64,000 nt of DNA, from assembly GCA_965287045.1 (NCBI GenBank), contig OZ336884.1, forward strand, positions 51,708,001 through 51,772,000. The letters run 5' to 3'. The notes under the pieces were generated by a model. It saw nothing but the letters and a program-made list of their open reading frames with translations. It did no database searches and was not told the origin of the DNA. The first letter of the stretch is position 1. Every line of letters begins with the position of its first letter. The position numbers were made by a program, and so were the translations under genes. The stretch comes from Carcharhinus amblyrhynchos. Taxonomy: Eukaryota. Positions 12,541 through 23,344 of the stretch are shown piece by piece.

Positions 12541-13564
12541 AGACCAAACAATTTTTGACAGTCTTCCCACAGCATGATGACAATTTACCTTTTTATTCCA
12601 GCCAGAAATTATTTAGATAACAGCACTTCTCTACATTCATAAAGAGAGTGTTATGAGTTGATTAGTAATGCAAATTTCAGGTCACATCTGGTGCCGTAAA
12701 TTATTTTTATCTTTGGTTTTAATAAGAAATAAGGCAAGTTTCAGATGTAGACACTGCCACTGCTCCAGTTCAATCCTATCCAGAGGAACACACGCAGACA
12801 GATCTGCAGAGTGTCTCAGAGCAAGCTATTCATAGCTGTCTTAGTATTTGAATCTCTGCAAAGATAAAAGTAACAAATGTGACACTTACTATTTACCTGA
12901 ATAGTTATTTTAATCTGTGGGTTTTTGCCCTTTATGTTGTGCAGTGTAATGTGTTTGTCAATTCATTGCTGGTCTCAATTTCCTACATATGCATGTGCAA
13001 ATTTCTATGTGTCAAGCAACATGGTTATTGCTGATGATCCTGCTGAAGTTGCAGAGGACAAGCAAATATCACTGTTGACATAAATCTGGAAATGAAAAAT
13101 ACTCCAAAAATTTGACTGACCTTTGACAGCACCAGAGTCATAATGTACAGTGTCATTTGGAAGGTATGTTGATTTATATAAGTAACATTAAAGTGTCATT
13201 AATATTGAATGTTAATGAGGCTCATCAGCTTCACTGAAGCTTCAGGCAGGAATTCTGCACTCTGACTTACTAATGAGGTACTTCCAGAGGCAATTAAAGT
13301 TTGCTGCTTCAGATATGTGCTGTTTACAGCCTTGACATCCAGAATGAAAGGGAAAAAAAATGCACCATTGCAAGACCATTCCCTGTTGGAACTGGAGTCA
13401 AAGTCAACTGTTGATTTTCAGCTAACTGAAGAATATGCAATGCTATTGACCATCAATACCTGCTTGAGGAAAACCAGTTATGTCTGGAAATTAAGCTTTC
13501 AGTTGCAGCATGTATTCAAATGTTCAGTTTTTTTAGATATCTCACAAATGGCATATTTCAAGTA

Positions 13565-13840
13565 AAAAAAAGTTTATTTATTAATCACGTTGGCTTACAT
13601 TAGGATTTCAATAAAGTTACTGCGAAAATCCCCTAGTTGTCACACTCCCGCACTTGTATGGGTACACTGAGGGAGAATTTAGCATGACCAGTGCACCTAA
13701 CCAGCACGCCTTTCAGACTGTGGGAAGAAACCAAAGCATCTGGATGAAATTCACGAAGATGTGCAGACTCCATACAGACAATGACTAAACAGGGAATCAA
13801 ACCCAGGTCTCTGACGCTGTGAGGCAGCAGTGCTACCCAT
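13565..13840 (-). mobile_element. HE1-type V-SINE with alternative tail (type 2)
   Basis: tRNA head gcactgctgcctcacagc..ggtttgattcc, V domain, tail ctaggggattttc..taataaataaactt. Confidence 0.8.
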
Positions 13841-13899
13841 CAGCTTTCCAAACAAGAGATCAGAAGCAAAAGTTCATTTTGAGTGAACCAGCAACTGAC

Positions 13900-14195
13900 T
13901 GCACTGGGTCCCTGCCACGGTTCTGCATCTTCCGCTTGCAGAGGGCGGTCAAGGTCTGGTGTGCCTTCGCACTCAGATAGCGATCTTCTGCCTCCAGACC
14001 CTGCAGAGATACCTTTATGTTGAGCCCTCGCGATGTATTTCTTCCACCAGTAGCATGGCCTGAATTATGACGTGCAGCTCCTGCACATCAATCTGGGGTG
14101 TGTTTTGACCTCCTTGCAGGAGTTGCCTATCTTTTACCAGGACCTCCTCACTGTCTAGAACATGGTTGCCTTGCGATGTAACTCTCCGCCATCAG
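13900..14195 (+). mobile_element. Tx1/L1-clade ORF2 fragment
   Basis: Translates HWVPATVLHLPLAEGGQGLVCLRTQIAIFCLQTLQRYLYVEP ... LQELPIFYQDLL, the post-RT region of Tx1-like elements. Confidence 0.7.
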
Positions 14196-14809
14196 GGGCG
14201 GGCGGGGGGAGGTGGTGTCAAAAAAACATGAACACAATCATTGGATGGTAATTGCAAATGATTGCAATGTCATGTTAGTGGATTCCTGAAATACATCCAT
14301 TAACATACCAGCAGCAATACTGCCAGAATGCTGAGCTGAGAATTATGAATATAAACAACACAATGCTGTTTGTTACACAGTGTTGCATTGTTTTCCAGAC
14401 AATAACACCACTGTTGAGTGATTTCCAATGGGAGCGAGGGCAGCAGAATGAACCCCAAATCCAGCAGTTCAGTGTGAATGCTTCGTGCATTAGCTTTCCG
14501 CAAAGACTGGAAAATTTATTATTAGTTTTTCCAAGAGACACTTCCTGTATCAAGCAAAGAAGAAGCCCACTAAAACAGTTATTTTTCTTGGTACAAACAT
14601 TACTCCTGTGCAGTGATGGGACTGAGTTTTTCCTTAATGTTACTGCACGTGCAACACTTGAAACCAGTTTACAGACTCATTGGAGAATATTAAATGCCAA
14701 AATATGTGACATAGTGAAATGGAAGAACCATAATCATCATGGCTTTTCCTCTTTTCTGCACTGTGATGAGCACTGTAATGAAGAAATTAATTAAGACTCC
14801 TTCCCCCAT

Positions 14810-15010
14810 TCTCTTTCCATTTAGTTATTTTTCCCCTGCCTCTTGTATCCTGAAGCTTATTCCTGAGTTAGCTGTATTTCCAGGGATGTCAGGCAATAGT
14901 TTCTCCAAGGACCTTTGAACTTGAGCCTGAGAAGTGAACATCAGGTGGTCTATAATCCTTAGTATCACACCACACCGCACATCACATTTACCGAACTGCC
15001 ATCAGGGGAA
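14810..15010 (-). mobile_element. Old SINE-like repeat, family C
   Basis: Weak reverse-complement similarity to the other family C copies. Confidence 0.35.
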
Positions 15011-15171
15011 ATAGTGCATCCAAGTTTTTATCTTATAAATTGTAACACCACTGTGGATTCCTAATAATTTTGAAATAACATTTTGAAGCAGAAATGCTGA
15101 ACTTTTACCTTTACACAGGAATCAAAAGCAAAGCTTAGTCTTTCCAGGGGAGTGCAGGTGAAAGGTCCTAC

Positions 15172-15344
15172 CTAATATTTAGCGATTTTTTCCTGAGCTC
15201 AGTCCAATGCAAGTTCATGTCATCAAGACGCCTCTGCAACAAAACCCCATCCTCTGCACCTTCCAGACCTTTGAGTATTTTCTGTCCATTCTCATCCAAG
15301 TTATGGTAAGTGTCAGTGTGAGCTTCAATTTCTGTCTGAAGATC
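15172..15344 (-). CDS. DMD: Dystrophin coding exon, orthologue of human DMD exon 56 (rod-domain spectrin repeat region)
   Basis: Reads DLQTEIEAHTDTYHNLDENGQKILKGLEGAEDGVLLQRRLDDMNLHWTELRKKSLNI(R), about 80% identical by eye to recalled human DLQGEIEAHTDVYHNLDENSQKILRSLEGSDDAVLLQRRLDNMNFKWSELRKKSLNIR. Acceptor tttttttccttcttcgacag|GAT, donor ATTAG|gtagga. 173 nt, phase 0 to 2, same size as human exon 56. Confidence 0.97.
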
Positions 15345-15534
15345 CTGTCGAAGAAGGAAAAAAAACACATTGCTTTTATATTTCTCGATTTGTCAAAAAT
15401 GGGCTTTCACGGTCAGAACAATCATTGAACTGTGCCTGACTTCACATTTTATTCAATTTAATGATAAATTGGAAATAAAATTGACAACAAAATAAAACAA
15501 AACAGAAAAAAAATGCATTCCTGACACCACTGAC

Positions 15535-15564
15535 CTTTACGTAATATGTTTTTCTTTGCGGCAT
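15535..15564 (-). CDS. DMD: Coding part of the Dp116 isoform-specific first exon (MPQRKTYYVK)
   Basis: ATG CCG CAA AGA AAA ACA TAT TAC GTA AAG|gtcagt. Phase-0 donor 190 nt upstream of the exon 56 acceptor. 7/10 identical to recalled human Dp116 N-terminus MLHRKTYHVK. A at -3 of the ATG. Confidence 0.88.
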
Positions 15565-16100
15565 TTTTAATCTAAACCTTGGAAGGATGCAAAGACTTTG
15601 TGGTGCCTGCATTGCGCCCAAGATAGTTTGCTTGAGAAAGCGCAGATCCTTGTCCACTTTCTGCTCAGTAAAGTGTGGCTGGATAAGAACCAGCCTTAAC
15701 ATTCAATATTGCATAACCAATCCAGAGGATACAATACCATCATTCAGGGCAGTGGCCTTTCAGCAACACAACAGTTGAATAGACCACTCATATAATTAGC
15801 TTTGTTTTTTATTGAAATAAAAAAGCATCACAGTTCTCAGTTCTCTTTAAATTTTAAAGGGTTCTGGCATGTGAACATTCCTCAAACAGATGCCACGCTC
15901 CCAATTTGCAAATAGTTATGCACATCACAGCATACTAACCCACCTACAGGCTCGATTGGGCCAACTGCACTATACTGAGTGAGCTTTTTGCTTTTCTGTA
16001 CATCGGGCAATTGTTTTCTTTTCATCCTCATGATCCTTCCTACCTGCATCTTCTCAAAGAAGGAAATATAAGGTGAGAGTATCTATGTAGGTAAACTCCG
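15565..16100 (-). promoter_or_regulatory. Putative Dp116 5'UTR and promoter region
   Basis: Inferred from position only: repeat-free sequence directly upstream of the Dp116-like exon. The TSS cannot be located from sequence. Confidence 0.4.
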
Positions 16101-16384
16101 ATACCCCAAATTGGCAGGACCGTCAACACTGGACAATTCTTAAGTGAGAGACAGTTCACTCATGAGACAAATCGTTGAAACATCTATTACTGAATCATTA
16201 ACATAACTAAAAACAACAAAACGTGACTGCTATATTGGCTACTGCAGACAAATATATGTTATATCTCAAAGTAAGATAGAAGATGCTGAAATATAAAGCA
16301 TATCCATCAGCAAATTCAACTATTGCTCCAAACACAATTCCTCAGATAATGAAGCAGTCTATGTCAATTTGCCGTAAGACATAG

Positions 16385-16570
16385 ACACTATCAAGGCTTG
16401 TACCGATAAATGGCAAGCAAATTAAAAACACACGGGTCCCAGACAAAAATCATCACCAAAAAGAAGTGTCAAAGCACTTTCCTTTGTCGTTCAATGGCAA
16501 TGCCATTGCTAAATCTTCCAACCTCAACATCCTGGTGGTCACCACTACCCAGAATTTAAATTGGAATAGA
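16385..16570 (+). mobile_element. CR1/L2-group LINE RT fragment (partner LINE of SINE family B)
   Basis: DKWQ.. and aacatcctggtggtcaccactacccagaatttaaattgga match the reverse complement of 21985-22170. Confidence 0.6.
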
Positions 16571-17304
16571 GGGAATGAGTAAAGTGTGAAATCACAACCA
16601 TCTTAGGACTCAGTTATCAGGGAGCCCAGCCGCAAAAGCATAGCGATTCAAGTGCACTGGTCCCTTGTGAAGGTGTGATTTTATGCATATGGTTGAGATG
16701 ATGGATAAGCAGAAGTCTATTACCAGCATTTGTAGCTTCCTACAAATGCAGGAAGCTTCTCTCAACCTGTACATGGAGATTCGTGAGTGAACAGACATTT
16801 TAAATGTTATAAACCCAAAATAGGAGCAGCAAAGATATTAATATTTTAGGATCCCAAGCTTTCAAAGGGATACTTGAAGACAATAGAGAACTAAGATGAA
16901 AGCAGAAAGAAAGGTATTTATGAAAATGAATTTTCAGCTACAGTTCATTGTTGGGGAGGCCAAGCCCTAGTGAAAGCCAATTCCTGTGTTTTGGGGTATA
17001 TGGAAAATCTGCAATTTTAATTGAAGCAACTCAGTCTTGGGTTAGGAGAATATCTGAACTGAGATACAGTTTGTTTTGGATCTCCCTTGGGAAAAAAAAT
17101 ACATCAGCGTGGATTAGCTCTGGGAAGTCATGGATTGTGCTTTTGTTTAAAGTGAAAGCAATTTCTCAGTTTGGGTAATATTTATTGGATTTTATGGTCA
17201 GCAATCTATAGATGTTGTTGCCAAAAAGACAGTTTTATTATGCACCTTTTATAAAGCACTCATTCCTGACCACAAACTCATATTAGTGACATTGCTGATG
17301 GCAT

Positions 17305-17465
17305 AGAATCACAGAATTCCTACTGTGCAGAAGGAGGCCATTCGACCCTTTGAGTCTGCACCGATTCTCCAACAGCGCATCCCACCCAGGCCCTATACCC
17401 ATAACCCCACATATTTTCCCCTCTAATTCTCTCAACCCATACATTTTGGGATAATAAGGGGTAAT
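17305..17465 (-). mobile_element. HE1 SINE 3' part (tail type 1)
   Basis: gggcctgggtgggatgc..ggtgcagactc..ggcctccttctgcacagtaggaattctgtgattcta, as in the other HE1 copies. Confidence 0.7.
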
Positions 17466-17467
17466 AT

Positions 17468-18495
17468 ATAAGAACATAAGAAATAGGAGCAGGAGTAGGC
17501 CATCTAGCTCTTCGAGCCTGCCCCGCCATTCAATAAGATCATGGCTGATCTGTCGTGGCTCAGTTCCACTTTCCCGCCCTCTCCCCATAACCCTTAATCC
17601 CCTCTCTTATCAAAAACCCATCAACCCGCGTCTTAAAAATATTTAGCGAGGCATACTCCACCACTTCAACGGGCAGAGAATTCCAGAGATTCACCACCCT
17701 TTGAGTGAAGAAGTTCCTCCTCAACTCCGTTCTAAACCGCCCCCCCTTTATCTTGAGGCTGTGCCCTCTAGTCCTACTGTCCTTTCTGAGCGGGAAGAGT
17801 CTCTCCATCTCTATCCTATCCATCCCATTCATCATCTTATACGTCTCAATGAGATCTCCCCTCATTCTTCTAAACTCTAACGAGTACAAGCCTAGTTTAT
17901 TCAGCCTCTCCTCATAGTTCAACCCCCTCAACTCCGGCATCAGCCTAGTAAACCTCCTCTGCACTCCCTCCAAGGCCAAAATATCCTTGTGTAAGTGCGG
18001 CGACCAAAACTGCACACAGTACTCCAGCTGCGGCCTCACCAGTGCCCTATACAGCTGCAGCAAGACCTCCCTACTTTTATATTCAATCCCCCTCGCTATG
18101 AAGGCCAGCATCCCATTCGCCTTCCTGACCACCTGCTGCACCTGCAGGCTGGGTTTTTGCGACTCATGCACAAGGACCCCGAGGTCCCTCTGCACCGTTG
18201 CCTGCTGCAGTTTTTCACCATGTCAGTAATAGTCCTTCCTACCATTATTCCTACCAAAGTGGACAACCTCACACTTGCCAACATTAAATTCCATTTGCCA
18301 GTTCCTGGCCCATTCGCCCAGCCTATCTAGATCCTTCTGCAGACTCTCCATACCCTCCGCGCAATTTGCCACCAATCTTGGTGTCATCAGCAAATTTCGA
18401 CACCATACACTTGGTTCCCTCCTCCAGATCATCTATATAAATGGTAAATAGCTGAGGCCCCAGCACGGACCCCTGGGGCACTCCACTAGTCACCA
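17468..18495 (-). mobile_element. Young CR1 LINE, subfamily A, 5'-truncated
   Basis: RT C-terminal ORF 17560-18195 (QRDLGV..LEYCVQFWSP..RGDLIE..TRGHSLK..FFTQRVV). (TTCTTATG)n tail; possible TSD AATAT. Confidence 0.95.
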
Positions 18496-20095
18496 AATAT
18501 CCCTCAACATCTAATTTGTCAAACCTCCTGATAAATGTTTATATATAAATTAGATCACCTCTCATTCTTCTAAATCTAAGGAATATAGGAAATGGTTCAG
18601 AAAAAAGCACCCTTCCCATCTCCCCCAAGTGCCCCCTTCCCAGCCCCCCCCGACCCCCCACCCCAATGCTTCCTCATTGCGCTCATTCCCATGTTTCATC
18701 CTTCAAAGCACTAAAACAGTTGTGGAGGATCTGAGTCAGCAGCCTTTAAAAGCACTCTACTGCAGCGATCGGCAATCTAGATTTGTGAGTGGGCCACATA
18801 AGGGACCCTCCTTCATCTCATGTGCTGCAAGACTGAAATTGGGTTTGTTGACTAGCCACGACCTGATGAATAAGATTGAATATGCACTGAGTATTATAGA
18901 GTGAGTTATAAGAAATGTTTAATCATTCATACATTAGTAGGACTCCAAAATGTTAAAAACAAAATAAATATTTATGCTTTGGAAGCAGAGAGAGTGCAAA
19001 ATTCTCACAGTCAATGTTATGTGCAAACAGCACGTACCTCACTTCAGTCACCCTTGCTTTATGTGTGTACACTTCAGTCATACTGGGAGTGAAAAGACAC
19101 TATGTGGCTGGAAATTAGCAGAATGTGACAACCCTGCGCGTGAACGAATGTCAATAAAATATCTCTTGAGCTGCACTTGGAACCTAGATGCGGCCCCTAG
19201 GCTGCATACTGTCCAGCACTGGCTAACAGCCTCAAAACTGGTGGTAATTCAGAGACAAACCCAGGTCTCTGTGTGCATCTTCCTGGAATATCAACTCATG
19301 TATATATGTTACACATGTGTATGCTTCTTACATCAATGCATATTATTTAAATCAATCCACAAGGAGGAAGATGGAACAAATTCAACCCAAGGCAGCTTAA
19401 TTATGAGTCAGAGTGGTAGTTTATATGGTAAGTTACCAGTAGAAATATAAGTCATATATATATATACCTGTATATTTGAAATGCATTATTTCTTATCAGG
19501 CTGAAGCAACCCTTTACAACCTGCATACATTTACGGATGATAACTGGAACAAGTTAACTTTTCTTTCAAAACATTGTATGTACTTTTACTCTGCCATGAA
19601 GTAAATTATTATAGCTGTTCATCTTTTTGATACATTTCCTATTCTATTCTTATATAGAGCATTGAGCAATGAACGTTTGTTTGCACCAAAGATATATCAC
19701 TAATTGATTGTTAAGCCCAAAAGTTGCAGAGCACTCATAAATGGTTGTTATAAATATATAACACTTAAAAATGATTGCCAGCAATATTATTATAGCCACA
19801 ACATAACTTGTATCAAATTCTTCTTTGTTTTAAGAGAGCTAACCTCTTCATTAAAATGCCAGAGTGGAATTAGATACATTGCGTAAATATGAAATTCTGA
19901 TTTTTGAATTCCTTTCATGGGGCATGGGAATCACTGGCAAGGTCAGCATTTGTTGCCCATTCCTCACTGTCCTTAAGAAAACCATGGTCAGCCATCCCCT
20001 ACAACTGCTGCAATCCATCTGCTGAAGACATACAATGCTGTTAAGAAGAGAGTTCCAGGATTTTGAACCAACAACAGTGGAAGAATGGCAATGTA

Positions 20096-21167
20096 GGGAA
20101 TGACTCTCCCATTGCGACCCACGTACTTTTTGGCGGGTGTGATCTCGAGAATCGTGTGTTGGCCATTTCGTGGGATGTGCACGTGTTCCCGACGCATACG
20201 CATCTCCCAGAGCCAGGGAACAGTCACAGTCGGAACCGTGCTGGAAACAGGTGAGAACAGCCATAAGTGATTTAAATCTGTATTTAATGCATTTTAAATG
20301 TATTTTACATGTGATTATCCAGGGTGGGCCCAATAGCACCTCCCACCTTGCCAGGAGTACTTTATTCTGGCGAGGTTTAGAATAATTCCCCATGTTCAGG
20401 GAACTAGTGAGGGACCCCACTGGAGCTAAGGGGGGCAATCAGGGCCTCCCAGGGGGTTGGATAGCAAGGGATGGTGCCCCCAGGCATGGGCACCCTGATA
20501 GTGCCAGTCTGTGCTCCTTGGAGCAGCTGAAGGGGCAGTGCCCATGCCTAGAGGGCAGTTTGGCACTGCCCACCAGACATCGGCAGTGCCAAGGGAGCAG
20601 TGTACTGTTGGCAGGGTTTATTTGGGTAGGGCCTAGAGGCAACTGGTGGTGTTGGGGGTCCCGCTGCCACTCTGCATTGGGATCAATCTCAGCTAGAGGA
20701 GGTCAGCGATCGAAGCAGGTTGAGGGGCTGGGTCTGCCGCGGGGGGAGATTTGCCTCCCGTCGAGGAGGGGATCTGACCTGGGGAGGGGTGATCTGCCAA
20801 GGTGAGCGGGGTGTGGGGATTGCCATTGCTGGGTATGGTGGGGCTGGACATCGGGGCACTCTGGGACGGGAGAGGTTGGGGCTGGCTTGGGAATTGTGAT
20901 CGGCCTATGGGGGGTGCTGGAGCAGCAGCACTGTGGGGATCCTGGACTGGTCAGTGATTGAGGAACATGACAGATCAGTGCCACTGCACATGTGCAGAGT
21001 TCCAGAGCTGTCAGACTCTAACGCGAATAGGCCCTGGGGTTTTTAATGATATTCATTGTGACCTCTGCATTGCACAGAGTGGATTCAAGTTTGAAGTTGC
21101 ACTGAAAAAACAGTGGTGATCTAGGACAGTTTTCCCACCAATTCAGCACTTTTGGGAGAATCGCCCC
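20096..21167. mobile_element. Non-autonomous DNA transposon (MITE-like, possibly PIF/Harbinger)
   Basis: Imperfect TIRs gggaatgactctccca / tgggagaatcgcccc; GC-rich interior; cleanly splits the host LINE. Confidence 0.55.
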
Positions 21168-21234
21168 ATTGTTTCAAAGCAGGACGGGTCTGTGGCTTTT
21201 AGGGGAACTTGCAGGTGACAATGTCCCAAGTGTC

Positions 21235-21685
21235 TTTTTTTGCATTCATTTGTGGGACATGGGTGTCGCTAGCTGGCCAGCATTTATTGCCCATCCCTAG
21301 TTGCCCTTGAGAAGCAGGTGGTGAGCTGCCTTCTTGGAACACTGATACAACTGAGTGGCTTGCCAGACTATTTCAGAGGGCAGTTGAAAGTCAACCTTAT
21401 TGCAATGGTTCTGGAGTCACATGTAGGCCACACCAGGTAAGGACGGCAGATTTACTTACCTAAAGGACATTAGTGAATCAAATGGGTTTTCCACAATTGG
21501 CTTTTGCCAATTATGGTCATTATTATGGTCAATTTATGGTCATCAGTAGATTCTTAATGTCAGATGTATTTTATTAAATTCAAATTCTACCATTGCTGTA
21601 GTGGGATTCAAATCTGGGTCCCAGAATATTATCTGAGCTTCTGGATTAACAGGCTAACAACAATGCCACTAGGCCATCACCTCCC
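21235..21685 (-). mobile_element. tRNA-derived SINE, family B, near full length
   Basis: Head ggtgatggcctagtggcattg..agatttgaatccc; body gtcctttaggtaagtaaatctgccgtcc; tail gggcaactagggatgggcaataaatgctggcc plus A-rich end. Confidence 0.8.
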
Positions 21686-22963
21686 TTAAAGCCCTGGTTG
21701 TTCTTGGTGGTAGAGATTCAGGTTTCTGCAGCTGAATGAGTGTTGGTGTGTCTGTGGTGGAGGGGTTAAATTTTTAAGGTGTTAGACAGGGTGCCAATCA
21801 AGTGGGTTGCTTTGTTCTGGATGTTTTTGAGCTTCTTGACTGCACCCATACAAGCAAGTGGGGAGTATTACACCACACTCCTGATTGTTGCCTTGTAGAT
21901 GTTGGATTTATTTTGGGAAGTCAGAAGGAGAATTTCTCATTGCAGAATTCATAGCTTCTAACTTGCGCTTGAAGTTATTTATATAGCTGTTCCAGTTTAG
22001 TTTCTGGTCAATGTTAACTCCAGAATGTTGATGGTGAGAAATTCAGAGATAGTAATGCAATTGATTGTCAAAGGGAAATTATTAGATTCTCTCTTGCTGG
22101 AGATGGTCAAAGCCTGATACTTGTGTGTTTGATTATTATTTGCTGCTTATCAGTCTGAGTCTGAATATTGTCCATATGGTCATCAATAGCATCACTCACA
22201 ATAATTTCCAGGCTGAGTAATATCCTCTTAACAATAAAACAAGCTTTTATTTTGAAGGGAACATCCCAGTTATACAACTGATTTCTTGAAACTAGGATCC
22301 CTCATTTGCTTGTGAATACACAGGGCAGAAAAAAAGAACAAGTCCCAGTTTCACACAGTTAAATATTCATAGGCACATTTCCATATACGTTGGCCAGTAT
22401 CCTGCAAGTATAATAATTCTGACAATATTCTCCTCTGGTTCTTGTATTAAACGCATTTGAATTGAATAAATGCCACCACGGCAAGAAAACTGATTTCTCT
22501 GATCCTGTCTTATCATGTGAAACAATAATGAAATGGACTGTTTTTGAAATTGACTGTTGGAACTACAACTACCATGGATATTGATAAAATAAAATCTTTT
22601 GTAATCTTCGATTAGACCCTGAATCATTTCACAGCATAATTTATTCAAGAAGGCTTAATTTTCACTTTGGGCACGATGCCTTGAAGCTTGTGCAGTGATA
22701 TGCAATACAAAGCAATAATGCTGTATGGGCTTCTCAAGACAATCCAAGAAAGAATTTGCAGCTTTGCTTTTGCTTTGATCTGTCGGTTAATGCTATATTT
22801 GCTCAGGGCAGGCTTTGTAACTTAACGCATTGTATACATTCTAAAATGCAGTGTAACCATGCATTGAAACATCAAGCTATCACCTGGATGTTGGGTTCCA
22901 AGTGCAGAGCTAAACACTTTTTTTTAAAAACAGCTATTACTATGCTGCAAACCCCACAGAATA

Positions 22964-23278
22964 GGGGTGCAACAGTGGCACAATGCTTGGCACTGCTGCC
23001 TCACAGCACCAGGGACCTGGGTTCAATTCTAGCCTCGGGTCACTGTCTATGTGGGATTTGCTCATTCTCCCTAAGTCTGTATGGGTTTCCTCCAGGTGCT
23101 CCAGTTTCCTCCTACAATCCAAAGGCTGATTGGCCATGCTAAATTGTCCCTTACTGTCAGGGGGATTAGCAGGATAATATATGGTGTTAAGGGGATAGGG
23201 CCTGGGTGGGATTGTTGTCGTTGTAGGCTTGATGGGTTGTATGGCCTCTTTCTGCATTGTCGGGATCCTATGGTTCTA
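22964..23278 (+). mobile_element. HE1 V-SINE (tail type 1, CR1/HER1-like)
   Basis: ggtgcaacagtggcacaatg..gcactgctgcctcacagc..ggttcaattc, V domain, tail ggcctctttctgcattgt..cctatggttcta. Confidence 0.85.
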
Positions 23279-23344
23279 GAATACATTTCTATTTTTAGCA
23301 AGCCTTACGTTGTCCATCAATATTATATGTTGCTGAAAATAAAC

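Larger units (their letters stand above)
2644..15171 (-). other. DMD: DMD intron 56 (12,528 nt, GT-AG)
   Basis: Bounded by the exon 56 donor (gt at 15171-15170) and the exon 57 acceptor (ag at 2645-2644). Confidence 0.9.
19905..22180 (-). mobile_element. CR1/L2-group LINE 3' region interrupted by a MITE and a SINE
   Basis: Pieces 19905-20095, 21168-21234 and 21690-22180 are collinear. ORF end VGSKSWNSLLNSIV..MDCSSC; 3' tail shared with SINE family B. Confidence 0.7.

Noticed and set aside
14345-14794. 149-aa and 158-aa (18974-19450) + strand ORFs as nested antisense genes
   Set aside because: No recognisable domain, random-like composition and no splice or promoter support.
2487-15344. Utrophin or DRP2 rather than dystrophin
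   Set aside because: The peptides match recalled dystrophin (YHNLDEN, RKKSLNIR, QWKRLH.SLQ) much better than utrophin (FKSIDGN, KAKSASIR) or DRP2, and the Dp116-type exon is present.
15590-15601. CAAAGaCTTTG as a SOX10 dimer site near the Dp116 exon
   Set aside because: Half-site spacing of 1 nt is too short for SoxE dimer binding.
17705-18330. Recurrent ORFs MKKFLLNSVLN.. and MRRPKLHTVLQ.. (also at 23786, 30914, 49788)
   Set aside because: Antisense shadow frames of CR1 ORF2.
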